Positions 11,601-23,591 of a stretch of 64,000 bases of DNA are shown here, piece after piece. Both the position numbers and the translations under genes were made by a program. The DNA comes from Mizuhopecten yessoensis (Eukaryota). Position 1 is the stretch's first letter. The number at the start of each line of letters is the position of its first letter. Under the pieces are notes generated by a model, which saw only the letters and a list, made by a program, of their open reading frames with translations, searched no databases and was not told the origin of the DNA. Location: NCBI RefSeq assembly GCF_002113885.1, contig NW_018406415.1:1007735-1071734 (forward strand), read 5' to 3'.

Positions 11601-14044
11601 TATTGAACATAATTATAACTGCATGAACAGATGACGATTTTGAGGACATTTGGCCAAAGTCCGAGAGGATCAGCACATACATTTCACAGCTGATCAGCTG
11701 GCGCCCTCCATGTCCATTCAGCCATCTGCCAGAGTCAGGTGACGAAACTGATGAAGAGGAGGAACGAAAGAAACGAATGGAGGATTTATACAATGTCTTG
11801 GATAACATGCCAAAACCTCTACCCTCTGTCTGTGAGTAATTCATCCATGTCACTCTAACCAGCATCATATTTATATTTGGAAAATCCAGTGTCATTATGA
11901 AAATATCCCAGACAAAACATTATATACATAACAAATTTAACACAGCTAATGCAAACTCCAATAATATGTATAAAATCAGGAATTTTCTTTTTCAAATTGA
12001 GAAGACAAAAGTGTGATATATGAAGAATAATTCATATTATATTTTTAATGCCCAACATTGAATGGGCAGAGAAGAGTTCCTGTCCCGATTCAGTGTCATC
12101 CTTCCAAAATTCTTCATTTCTTCAGAGATTTTTAAGTCACCGGAGACAAAGTCTCAAGTGACCTATTGCGATCGCCTTTTGTCCGTCGTCGTGCATCCGT
12201 AAACAATTTACATTTTCGACTTCTTCTCCAAAACCTCTGAACCAATTTCAATGAAATTTTGCAGAAACCTTCCATGGCCAAAGGTCAACAAAAACAGTTG
12301 CCGGTTTGGTCCCCGGCCTCCAGGGGCCTGAGGGGCGGGGCCAAAAAGGGTCAAATTGACTAAAATTTCAAAATTCTTCTCAAGGCCCAGATATGGTAAA
12401 ATCAAATACTCTTAATAGATGGAAGGGTCTTAAGGTGCTCTACCAAAATTGTGAATTTCATGACCCTTGGGTATCACGTTTCCCACTGGGGAGGGGGTAA
12501 ACTTTACTATAGTTTATATAGGGAAATCTCATTTTGGACCAACATTTGTTTAATTTCCATTGGAAGTAATTAAATTTAGGTTAGCATTATCAGTATTGGG
12601 TAGCAGTTTGATGGTATGCACATATGAGCCCTGACTGACCCCCCGGGGCTGATGGGAGGGGCCAAAAAGGGTCGAATTGACTTAAATTTCAAAAAATTTC
12701 TTCTCAAGACCCAGATATGGTAGAATCAAACAGGTGCTCTACCAAAATTGTGAATTTTATGACCCTGGGGTCTCACGTGAACCCCTGGGGAGGGGGTAAA
12801 CTTTTACTATAGTTTATATAGGGAAATCACATTTTGGACCAACATTTGTTTAATTTTCATTAGAAGTAATTCAATTTGGGTTAGCATTATCAGTATTGGA
12901 TAGCAGTTTGATGGTATGCACATATAAGCCCTGACTGACCCCCCGGGGCTGATGGGTGGGGTCAAAAAGGGTTGAATTGACTGAAATTTAAAAAAAAATC
13001 TTCTCAAATACCCAGATATGGTAGAATGCAACACTCTTTATAGATGGAAGGGTCTTAAGGTTTATGACCCTTGGGTCTCATGTTTCTAACCCCCTGTGTA
13101 AGGAGGGGGGGACCCCCCGGGGCTGATGGGTGGGGTCCAAATGATACTTTGAATACATATTACATGTTAATAACTTGATTGGAATTATAACCCTGAGTTG
13201 ACAGTTTGATACTTTGAAAATTTTGAGCCAGCCCTACCGCTAAGGGCTGTAGGGTGGGGCCCAAAGGAGTCAGTGTGCTAAAATTTCTTCATTTTCCTTG
13301 TTTAGAATCAGAGGTGCTAGTTTCAAATACTTTTTAGTCTTAAATCTGTATGCTAGATATTGAATAAGGTGGTTTTATTGTTTTTCTGTCACTGAATAAT
13401 ATTTCTGTTCGTGTTAAAAACAAAATCAACAGGTGACCGTTAATAAGGCCCATGGGCCTCTTGTTACTTAAACAGGGGTAGAATTAAAAAAAAGGTTACT
13501 GGCCCAAAGGTTCAGTTGAACTAACATTTCACTGGTCCTGTTTAAATGCACTCGTCCAGAAAACAAGGGCCTGAGCGAGCATCAAAGTAGTTCGGGGGGG
13601 GGGGGGGGGGGGGATAGTGAAATTTATGAGCTCTGTGGTGCATTCTGGGCTTAAAACAAAGCTTTTTAAATCTGCTGAAATTTTTGATCATTTACAACAC
13701 ATCTATAGCTACTGGCCTGGCAGGATAGCTTGTTGAAAAACCTTCTTGTCTGCCCGGAAAAACCAGCAGTTAATTCCGCCCCTGCTTAAACTTAATACAT
13801 TGTTCAACTATGAGAACAGTTGGGATGAGTGTGTTATTCAGGGTTTCACCAGTAATTTCTCCAACATATGTTTTTGATAGGTGATTTACCAGACCTGGAT
13901 GACGACAACATTTGGGTGCCTGAACCTGTGGAAGCTGTTTCATTCCCGTCTAGTGTGGACTTTTGTGAAATATCTTTACCTTTGGACGATTCCTTGGACA
14001 TTCTTCCTTATGTTGGAGAGCTCAGATTACATGAGACACCTTGA
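8617..14044 (+). CDS. PTTG1: Securin (PTTG1-like separase inhibitor), 5 coding exons, ~251 aa
   Basis: Exons 8617-8719, 10031-10230, 10705-10792, 11631-11831 and 13881-14044 join with GT-AG and consistent phases (756 nt). The protein starts MASMTFMPYVDKENAG (KEN box), has TPRRALGDVSN (D-box), a basic N-half, HYDEIEHM (cf. vertebrate securin YPEIEKF) and an acidic C-half. A likely non-coding exon 1 ends at 7280 and exon 2 has an acceptor at 8545. Confidence 0.82.
9185..9535 (+). mobile_element. tRNA-headed SINE with poly(A) tail
   Basis: Degenerate tRNA-like head, a central domain, and the 3' end AAATGACCTTTGCTGTTGATAAGAC followed by an A-tail. Confidence 0.6.
12130..13465 (+). mobile_element. 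Helentron-associated non-autonomous element (HINE/pearl-like) with internal tandem units
   Basis: 5' GTCACC...GTGAC subterminal palindrome, GTCCGTC microsatellite, repeated ~300-bp internal blocks and 3' CAGGTGAC...AGGCCCATGGGCCTCTTGTT hairpin end. Confidence 0.75.
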
Positions 14045-15282
14045 GTTAGCATCAATTTGATGCGGTTGGTGTTGACTTTAAAACATTTGTTGTGAATCTC
14101 TAAGTCAAAGTTTCAGAAGCTAGATTTTTTTTTTTAATTCATCTCATTTAATTTACTGGAATTTGAATGTGAGTGCAAATTTCAAACCAGATTTCACAGA
14201 TTATATCTCATTTCATCAAGATTCCATTGTCAGAACAAGGTGTTCTATACTACACAAAGTTAAAGTTTGATACTATATATACATAATCATAATGCAAATC
14301 ATGTACTCCATGCCACAGCAGGACAGCTGCTCAAAATTGAAAGAACCCAAAGGACATACATGTACTCATGAATGTTTTACATAAGAAAATAATTTGATGT
14401 ACTCTGACTAGCATTATGCATTAAACCCACATATCACTGCAGCACCTCTGTACACAGCAGTTATAAAAAGGTAACTATTACATTGGATTCATTAGCCAAT
14501 GTTAATATTCTATAATACACTGAATGAAAATAGTTCTAATGTTCTAAAGTTAAAAAAAAAAAGTAAATCTCCCAAAATTGGGGATTATGCAGTTAGATGT
14601 AAGAAAAACACACCGAAAAACACACCGAAAACCAAAAGATTTGTAGTAGGTTGTGCAGAAAGTGTGATCTGAGTATACTACTGTCAGTAATGCTTTAAAA
14701 ATGTTTACTGGGCTTCACAGAAACTTTAATACAAAAGCAGCTACCTATGTACCTTAATGTATTACAAGCTTAGTGTCAGTTACATTTCATTATACTACCT
14801 GGTAGGTGTTTACAACAATACTGAATTGTGTTTTCTGATATGGAAACTAGTCTGCATGAAATCCCACTTCACATCAGTAGTGTTGTATACTGTTTTCATT
14901 TTTATTTGAAAAAGTTTTTGACTAAAACTTTTCCCATGACTAAATACTGTTTGACAATTATTGATTGTTGAATTGTCAATGAATTTGAATGTACATGTAT
15001 TTGAAACACTTCTTTCTGTGGAGCAAATTTCTAATAATGCTTTGCGATATCTGCACTATTTTGACCATTGAGAATACATCACATGTTTCAGTTTCCCAGT
15101 TTCTTTGATGCAAATTCAGAATTCCATAACAACAAGAAAAGAAATATCTCCAAGGTCAGTTTAAATCGGAATTTTAACACAAGAACATGAGAAAGGTTTA
15201 AACGGTGTGGAGTAAAATTGCAAATTTTTTAATAGAGACAAAAGTATAATTGTATAAATTGTGTTGTTTTTTTTCCAATTAT

Positions 15283-15325
15283 TTTCTCTCTCTTTCTCTC
15301 TCTTTCTCTCTCTCTTTCGCTCTCT
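15283..15325. repeat. (TC)n-type microsatellite in securin 3' region
   Basis: Directly visible. Confidence 0.85.
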
Positions 15326-16599
15326 TTTATTCACTTTATTTATACAAAATATTATGAAAAATATAATATAAAAAAACTTTAAAAACAAAACTTTACCATT
15401 ACATGTACCTGGTAAATAATTCTGTAAGCAGTCTTGAAATATTTACATCTATTTAATGTGATTTCAGTGCATTTTATTTTTATTTTTAAGCATTGTTATC
15501 CTGATTTTCATTTAAGGGATTGATAATGGATAAACAAATTAGGGGATGAATATACAATGTAGGATAAGCGGATTGAATTTTGATATGCTCTAAAATCCCA
15601 TCTCCTTAGAGTAGACAGTTTTTCCAGTTGTAATGTGAATAGGACATATTTTTGTTGCATTCAGGCACTTATGATTTGAATTTTATATTTTCTGGTTAGC
15701 ATGTTTAAAATTTTGTATATAGCACAGCTTTTATAGAAAGTTAAAAACTAAAACTTCAATGATTCTGGAAAGATATTCATAAGTGGAGTACAAATTAAAT
15801 GTACTAACTGAAAATTGCAAGACTCTGTCTGTATAGGATAACCTATATTATAGGAACAAACAAAATAAGCTATTAAGATATATGTATATCAAAAAGTTCG
15901 TTACAAATGAAGAGGTAATAAAAAAAAACACGCCTTAAAATGGTCCTTTCATCTCTTCTGGGAATTTTTTTTAACGTCTTCTCATTCTGGACATGTAATT
16001 CGAAATGCCTTCAGTATCATAGGTATTGGATTAAACATGATGCAGTTAATTTTGTAATACTTATGTACCCTCGGTTGCTTTGGGCATTATTTACAGAGTT
16101 ATATTTTTTCGAGTGAGAGAGGAAGAGGAAGTAGTCCGTGTGTAGTGAAATAGGTAGAATGTTATGCTGGCTTGTTTGTTTGTTTGAATACCAATCTGTT
16201 TGTGAAATTGTTCAACCTGTTATTTTAAATCAGTTGTGTGCATGTCATTTTGTTTTAGTACAGATATTATGTTTATTGTAGTCATATTTTTAAAAGATTT
16301 AAATCTGTAAATAAAACTATTGAAAACATTTAGATTGTGGATTACATTTTGTTTCATTTACAATCACGACATATACTAAATACCAGCACATAATAAATGT
16401 AGTTCACTTTGGGGTACAAAGGTCAATATCATTTTTCTGGCGTTACTAAGCTTTGATAAACCATTTCTGATAAAAGTAGACCTTCAGGACTTCAAAGAAA
16501 AATGATAGATGAAATGAACAAAAAACAATCAACAACAGTGTTTTGATTGTAAAATTATTATCAAATTTAATAGACCAGGATTTGGACCCTGAACCTCAA

Positions 16600-16779
16600 A
16601 TTGTTATACTATTGTTATACTGTATAACACTATTGTTATACTGTATAATCCTATTGTTATACTATTGTTATACTGTATAATCCTATTGTTATACTGTATA
16701 ACACTATTGTTATACTTTTGTTATACTGTATAACACTATTGTTATACTATTGTTATACTGTATAACACTATTGTTATAA
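16600..16779. repeat. Tandem repeat (ACTATTGTTATACTGTATAAC)n
   Basis: Directly visible, lying inside a decayed SINE-like sequence between the securin and SFR1 3' ends. Confidence 0.85.
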
Positions 16780-17496
16780 CCAACTGATCTAGCTAGTCAA
16801 TGAAAGTGTCTTTGCCCAACTATGCTAGTTATATATATATCAAACAAAATTAGGGTGACATGATATATATGAAACTAGAGTGCAGTGGGACAGGGATCCT
16901 CAAACAATGTATTCTGGACTTGAGCTGCGAAATATTTTGACTGCACTTTAAAAAATCCTTTACCATGTAATGGCCTTGGGTTGAAAAATGTTGGGGTAAG
17001 TCCGTTCGTCACAGGTGTGTAGCACCTGGTATTCATCTGACAATGAATATCGTAAAGAGCACAGAAAAAAATTCTGTAATGAAGTAATAAAACTTTAATA
17101 AATAGAAACAGATTTTACAGGATGTAAACAAGCTAACAAAACAAAAAAGTATGTAAAGAAGAACTCCTTTTCAAACACTCTTGGTCATTTTTCAATACCA
17201 AAATATTTTTTAATGTTTTTTACTTTAATGTTTATAAACAAATCTGAAAAATAAATATTGTATTTTATAGCAGAACATGATATTTTCTTCAAGTTTACAA
17301 AAATGTATATCTGGAGATTGCTTTTGCTTTGGTTATTCTAGAGAATTTTTGTCAACACCTTAAGTGAGTGACCAGCAAAACAAATTCAACACAATATGAT
17401 TGTGTGCTCAAATACACAAAATATCAATTTAGATTAGTGTATTCAAATTTTTTCATCCCGAAGAATATATCATTAATCATTACTAAATAGTTAAAC

Positions 17497-20400
17497 TTAT
17501 GATTCAACTAGGAAAGTTTCATCCTCTGGGTTGAAATGGACAAGAGAATGCTCAATCTGTAGATGGTCAATGAGTTGTGTGAGAGAGGGTTTAGGATCCT
17601 GAAGTTTGTTGTGTAGGACAATCAAAGCTTGTTGACTGGTCATCCGCCATTTACTGACCAACACACCCAGGCTGTCCAGGTCATTCTGTATTGAATGAAA
17701 AAAAATACATACTTTTTTTACAAGAATATTTTTTAAAGATAGCTGTATGTGATGGGTAATACAACAAGAGGCCCATTGGCCTTAACGGTCACCTAATATA
17801 TTTATACAGAGAGTTGATTTTTGTTTTAACATGAACAGAAATATTATTCAAAGTAGCAATAAAACCACCTTATTCAATATCTAGCATGCAGATTTAAGAC
17901 TGAAAAGTATTTGAAACTAGCACCTCTGATTCTAAACAAGGAAAATGAAGAAATTGTATTTTAGCACACAGACTCCATTGGGCCCCACCCTACAGCCCTT
18001 GGGGGAAGGGATGGCTCAAAATTTTCAAAGTATCAACTTAGGGTTATAATTCCAATCAAGTTATCAACATGTAATATTCAAAGTATCATTTGCCATTGTT
18101 TAATAAACCATAACAAATTTTGCCCCCCTCCTTCCCCAGGGGTAAATGTGAGACCCTAGGGTCATAAAATTCACAATTTTGGTAAAACACCTAAAAACCC
18201 TTCCATCTATGAAGAGTATTTGATTCTACCATATCTGGTCTTGAGAAGAAAGTTTTGAAATTTCAGTCAATTCAACCCTTTTTTGCCCCAACCATCAGCC
18301 CCGGGGGGTCAGTCAGGGCTGATATGTGCATACCATTAATCTGCTATCCAATACTGATAATGCTAACCCAAATTGAATTACTTCCAATGGCAATTAAACA
18401 AATGTTGGTCCAAAATGTGATTTCCCTATATAAACTATAGTAAAGTTTACCCCCTCCCCAGGGTCATGAAATTCACAATTTTGGTAGGGCACCTTAAGAC
18501 CCTTTCATCTATGAAGAGTATTTGATTCTACCATATCTGCATCTTGAGAAGAAGATTTTTGAAATTTTGGCCATTTTTACCCTTTTTGGCCCCGCCCCTC
18601 AGGCCCCTGAGGGCTGGGGACCATATAATTCACAATTTTAGTTGAGCTTTGGCCATGGAAGGTTTCTGCAAAATTTCATTGAAATTGGTTCAGGGGTTTT
18701 GGAGAAAAAGTTGAAAATGTAAATTGTTTACGGATGGACGACGGACGCCGCCGGACAAAAGGCGATCGCATAGGTCACTTGAGACTTTGTCTCAGGTGAC
18801 CTAAAAATATACATAAACATATAAAAAACAAGCTGAAGCCATTGGATACTTTTAGATAACACATAAGTAAATAAAGTCAGCCAAATTTATTGTGCCTACA
18901 AAATTTTACTTTTTAGAAACCATTTAGTTACTGTTTTACGGGGTAAAACCTGATGGTCTGGGTTTTTCAGGTTGGAACAATACCAAAAATATGGACAGCA
19001 ACCTCATAATTTTATTAATTAACAAGTCATTCGGGTGACCTATTGCGATCACTTTTCCATAAACAGTCACATTTTCAACTCAGAAACTGGCAGTCATATG
19101 TTGATGAAACTTAGTGGGAACATCAGCCTGAGGTGCAGATCAGAAACTATACTCAAGATTGGACTGACACCCCCAGGGATCTGAGGGGATGGGGCTAAAA
19201 GGTCACTTAGACTAGTGCAAAAACCTACAGAAGACTTCCTAGATGGGAAACTCATATGTGGATTTTCACCAAGTTTTCATAAAATAATGCTCAGATGTTC
19301 AGGATCAGAATGTATACCCAAGAAGGGGCTGACCCCAAGGTTGGCTCATATGGGGTCGCTTAGTTCAAAACCAGAAACAATCGCTAACAATTACATTTTT
19401 GACTTCTCTGGTTCCAGCATGCAGACTTCAATAAAATTTGGTGATATAAAACCATCAGAATAAATATAAGGTGGGGGATTAAAATGTATACTTCAGATGG
19501 AGGCTGACCCACCAGGAACATGGCCATAAGGGGTGATGAACTTAAACTCAAGAAGGAGCTGACACCCCATGGGAGATAACTAGGGGTCACTTGGTGCAAA
19601 AAATGGAAACAATCATAGTTTTTTACATCTCTTCAAAAAGTCTCTTTTTAATTTCAATAAAACATAACCACAAGGTGGCATACCATATACATCAGTGACA
19701 AATTGACATTATGTGTCATTATTCATCATTGACTGATACTTAATTATGTTTCAACATTATTTCAATGATTAAAAAATTACAGCGTGAACTAGCATTTAAT
19801 TTGCAGAAATCTAATATGTGACCCCATGTCGTGACCTTGACCTTGAGGTTACAGACCTGTGCAATATGAAACACATTTTCTTGTCCAAATACAAATCTCT
19901 GAAGATTCACAACACAATACGAAATCATAAGTTACAGCAGTCGACAAACATTTTAGTAATTTGACAGATTTCATCGTCCAGACAAATGGACAAATTTAAA
20001 GTTGCCACTGTACAATAGTAACATGTATATATCTACCTTGTTTGCTATAAGAAAAAATGCCAACCTGGGTGTCATAAACTTGATTTTAAGGTCTTTTGGC
20101 TCAGATTAACACTATACTTGTGTCGCGATTGATGAAAGATAATCCAATTACCAATAGTTTCAAGCTTAAATTCTCACCTTAGTTCTGTACATTTTGACCA
20201 TGTTTAATTTCCGCAGTTCTTCTTCCTTCTCTGTCAATGTATTTTTCAGTCTATCATATTTTTCCTGAAGCATTTCTGTATCATCAGTAGAAATAGACTT
20301 GGCTCTACTATTTGTCTCTTTTGCAGATGTGATTTGGAATCCAACTTGCTCTGTCGGTTTACAAGCAGCTGAAGAACCCTCGGTATCATTGTCTATATAA

Positions 20401-22242
20401 CTGCTATCAGACATACCAGAGAAATGTAACCTGCTTGGTTTACATGATGACACATTTCTAGACCGGATAGGCGTCCTTTCATATCTTTGTTCAGATATTA
20501 TTTTATGTCCGCTTACATCTTTTGTGATGTTTTTCTGTACAAGATGTGTTGTATCCGGTGTTAACGAACAGAGTTCTACTTGCCTGACTCCCTGCGATTG
20601 TCTTTTATTATAGCTGTTGATCCCATCAGATGCAATTGGGCTAGCTATTATAGAAATTGTTCTACTTATCTCATTACTTGTTGTGTCTCTAGTCTCTGGT
20701 GACAAGCTTGAATCTACAGTAGGTGTTTTAAGAGCATGTTTTCTATAGGTTGCTTTGGAAATATTCACCATGTTTGAACATTCAGATGGAGATGTAAATG
20801 CGCTGATGTTTTCGCTTTTTGCAGAGGTTGTAGAATCAATTTTCAATTTTTCTGACCTCAGTGGTGTAGAACTTGGGCCATAACTTGTTCCCATTGCCTC
20901 ATCAGTAAACCCTGCAGCCAACCTTACTGGAGATAAAAGATTGTCTTGACGATTGTCTCCCTTTGCGTTGGTTTCTGTTGATACAGGTGTTTGTGGTAAG
21001 GTGCTATCTGGGTAATAGATGCGTTTCTTTGTCGGAGGACCAATGGGAGAAGAATGGTAACGCCCACATCTCTTTAGCCTCTCTTTCAGACTGGAACTTA
21101 GCTTCTGTGAATAAAAAAGAATAACTGGTTTATTGTTGCATAGCACATACATCATGCAGACATAAGTTTGCTATATATAGACAAAAGACCTAGATGCATT
21201 ACATATTGATATTAAATGATATATTGCTAGTATACCGTATAATACGTCTCTGCTATAGATGATTGATAATGTTTCATGAGAATATCAACACATAAATGAC
21301 TTCTTTATATATTAGCAGGAATTTGCTAAAAGTCATATTCATACTGAGCTAAATTAACGTGTTTTAACGTAAAAATATTTATTTAAATTATAATTTATTA
21401 ATTTCTTATATTTACAGTTTGAAAATGATAATTAAAATCTTTTCTCAGCTTGAACTGACTATTGGGTAAATATTTTTCCATTACATTTAACTTTGTAGGA
21501 TAGTATATAAGCCCGAGTTTCCTGTGGCCGTAACACCAGACTTGGACATATAGATGTCTAGCTGCTAGTGTTAGGGCCAGAGGAAACTCGGGCTAGATTA
21601 CTTCATGTATTACAATTGTTATTGATTTATATTATTTGTCTCTATAATAACACCTTTGTTAATGTTTGACTTCGGTCAGAAAAATGAACTATACCAGTAG
21701 ACTACAGGGGTTTTAACCCCTGTTAATAGACTGTACATATATATATATGTGAACTGGATTGCCAACTGCTGAACTAGACAAACTTCACAACTGCTTTAGA
21801 CGTGAAACAATAAACAAAAACAACTATCGATACTATTTCTTTAATGTTATGTAACTGCTGAAGTATGGACAGACACGGGGAACTGTCAAATACATAGACC
21901 CAGAAGAAGCAGAATCGTATGTTGCAGTGCCCAGATTGCCCCAACCACAGGTCCCCATTTTTGCCGAAAATGATAAAAATTAAACAAAAGTGCCGAACTG
22001 ACGACCGAAAAGATGAGAACGCTTGTACTTCTACTTCGAACGAAAAAGTCATACAAATAAAGTAGACGCTTTGAGAAATGCAGACTTATCCGTCAAAACG
22101 GGTGATGTTGACCAAACACAATGATGTTGTTTACTGTTATGTGCATCGCATACTGGCACTTAATTACCTAGTTCCAGACCAACCATACATACTTGGGTGC
22201 ACTTCTACCAACCTTTTGTGCCGAGCTAGCACATGAAGACAT
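17497..22242 (-). CDS. SFR1: Swi5-dependent recombination DNA repair protein 1 homolog (SFR1/Mei5), ~381 aa
   Basis: Exons 22242-22213 (tentative), 21104-20178 and 17685-17497, all phase 0. N-terminal LSSSLKERLKR resembles human MSATLRERLRK. C-terminal EKEEELRKLNMVKMYRTK|NDLDSLGVLVSKWRMTSQQAL...LTQLIDHLQIEHSLVHFNPEDETF is the Mei5/SFR1 domain. Confidence 0.88.
17765..18806 (-). mobile_element. HINE of the same family as 12130-13465, inverted, in SFR1 intron 2
   Basis: Reverse complement of the same termini (AACAAGAGGCCCATTGGCCT... and ...GAGACTTTGTCTCAGGTGACC) and a highly similar body. Confidence 0.8.
21510..21594. mobile_element. Small hairpin MITE; partial second copy at 22941-23010
   Basis: TIRs AGCCCGAGTTTCCT.TGGCC.TAACAC / GTGTTAGGGCCAGAGGAAACTCGGGCT. 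Confidence 0.7.
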
Positions 22243-22279
22243 TCTATTCCGTTTTCACAACTTTTTCTCCTCCGACATC

Positions 22280-22421
22280 ATTTTGTATTCCCCGCTAATA
22301 TGGTCAGCGTAGTTTGAACGCTTGTGTTATAATCCCATCCAAAGAATGCGTTTTGGTGATCGAATAATTCGAAACTACTATTCAGGACGAAACCGGACTG
22401 TAAAAGTTACACAACAAACAG
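22280..22421. promoter_or_regulatory. Bidirectional promoter SFR1 / SDR
   Basis: The SFR1 first exon (-) and the putative SDR non-coding first exon (+) diverge within <200 bp. The stretch is CpG-rich and has TTTGAA at 22313-22318. Confidence 0.55.
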
Positions 22422-22591
22422 GTTTGTAAGATATTTCCCATGAAGGAATCCAAGTTATTCTTTAACTTTGTTGCGTATCTTGTATACAAGATTCCTACAT
22501 CAGTCATTTCAAATACTGCTAATACAGTCGTCAGCAACAGATGAAGCGTATACAGACTAGGGTCTACAGAACCCATTTTCGTTGTAGCTGG

Positions 22592-22715
22592 CACAGGGGC
22601 ATGGATGGCTTTACTTGTAATATTTAAAAAAAAGGGTCTCCTATACTAATATGTATATATTAGTATAGGAGACCCTTTTTTTAATATTACAAGTAAAGCG
22701 ATCCATGCCCCTGTG
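22592..22715. mobile_element. Fold-back MITE with 8-bp TSD (hAT/P-like)
   Basis: Near-perfect 124-bp palindrome CACAGGGGCATGGAT...ATCCATGCCCCTGTG with TSD GTAGCTGG at 22584-22591 and 22716-22723. Confidence 0.85.
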
Positions 22716-23131
22716 GTAGCTGGCATTTTATATTGATCTGGTAAGACCCCCAACCCCTCCAAAAAGAGAAGAAAACATGTATGTTACAGGTAACATGAAT
22801 GACAAAAAAATAGGGTAGATAGTCCGCATTTTTTAAAAACTTTTTTTATGGTTTGGGGCTTATTTGAGAAATTACATAAATCACCAAGCATACATTTTTT
22901 AGTTCATTAAAATAATAATATTGGATTGTTAAGATCGGAGTAGCCCGAGTTTCCTCTGGCCCTGACACGTACCAGACTTTAAAGACATTTTGACAGATAG
23001 ATGTCTGGTTAATCATATACATCTCTTTGAAATCGAGTGCCTCTTATTTAAATACAAATGTTTAATTATATTTCAAATATAAATTTATGTAATTATACAA
23101 GAAATAGACTATCCCCAATATTTTGTGAAAG

Positions 23132-23591
23132 TGTAACATGCGGGCGATCACCAATCCAACTACTGACCATGCTCCACGTTGCTGAACTAGTGAGAGGGTC
23201 CTTGGGTTATACTGAAGCAAAAAGCTTACCCGGGGACCCACTCACTAGGTTATTAACGCTGAGCATGATCAGTTGTTGGATGGGTTACCACCTGCACGTT
23301 ACATTTGGTGGCAGCGGTGGGATTCTGTGTGATCATGTAAGGCCAGTTCCCGGTGGTTAGGGAATGTGCATTGATACACAGGGAGCACTTGCGGGATTCC
23401 CCAGACCAAGTCTCTGGACGAGACTTCTCGGAGGGGGGGAATATTGTAAAAGCTTACATATATAAGGGGTAAAAATACTGCCTTACTGGCAAGTTAGCTT
23501 TTCCAGTGATGCCCTATATTACCCAAGGACCTGCTCACTAGTTCAGCAACATCTAGCGTGGTCAGTAGTTGGATGGGTGATCACTGTTACA
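23132..23591. mobile_element. 460-bp TGT...ACA element with 5S rRNA-derived TIRs and 4-bp TSD
   Basis: TGTAAC...GTTACA ends, TSD AAAG (23128-23131, 23592-23595), and ~75-bp imperfect TIRs containing 5S internal control region-like sequence. Confidence 0.8.

Noticed and set aside
23140-23585. Genuine 5S rRNA genes
   Set aside because: Only the ~45-nt internal control region is similar; the 5' and 3' parts of the 120-nt 5S RNA and the terminator are absent.
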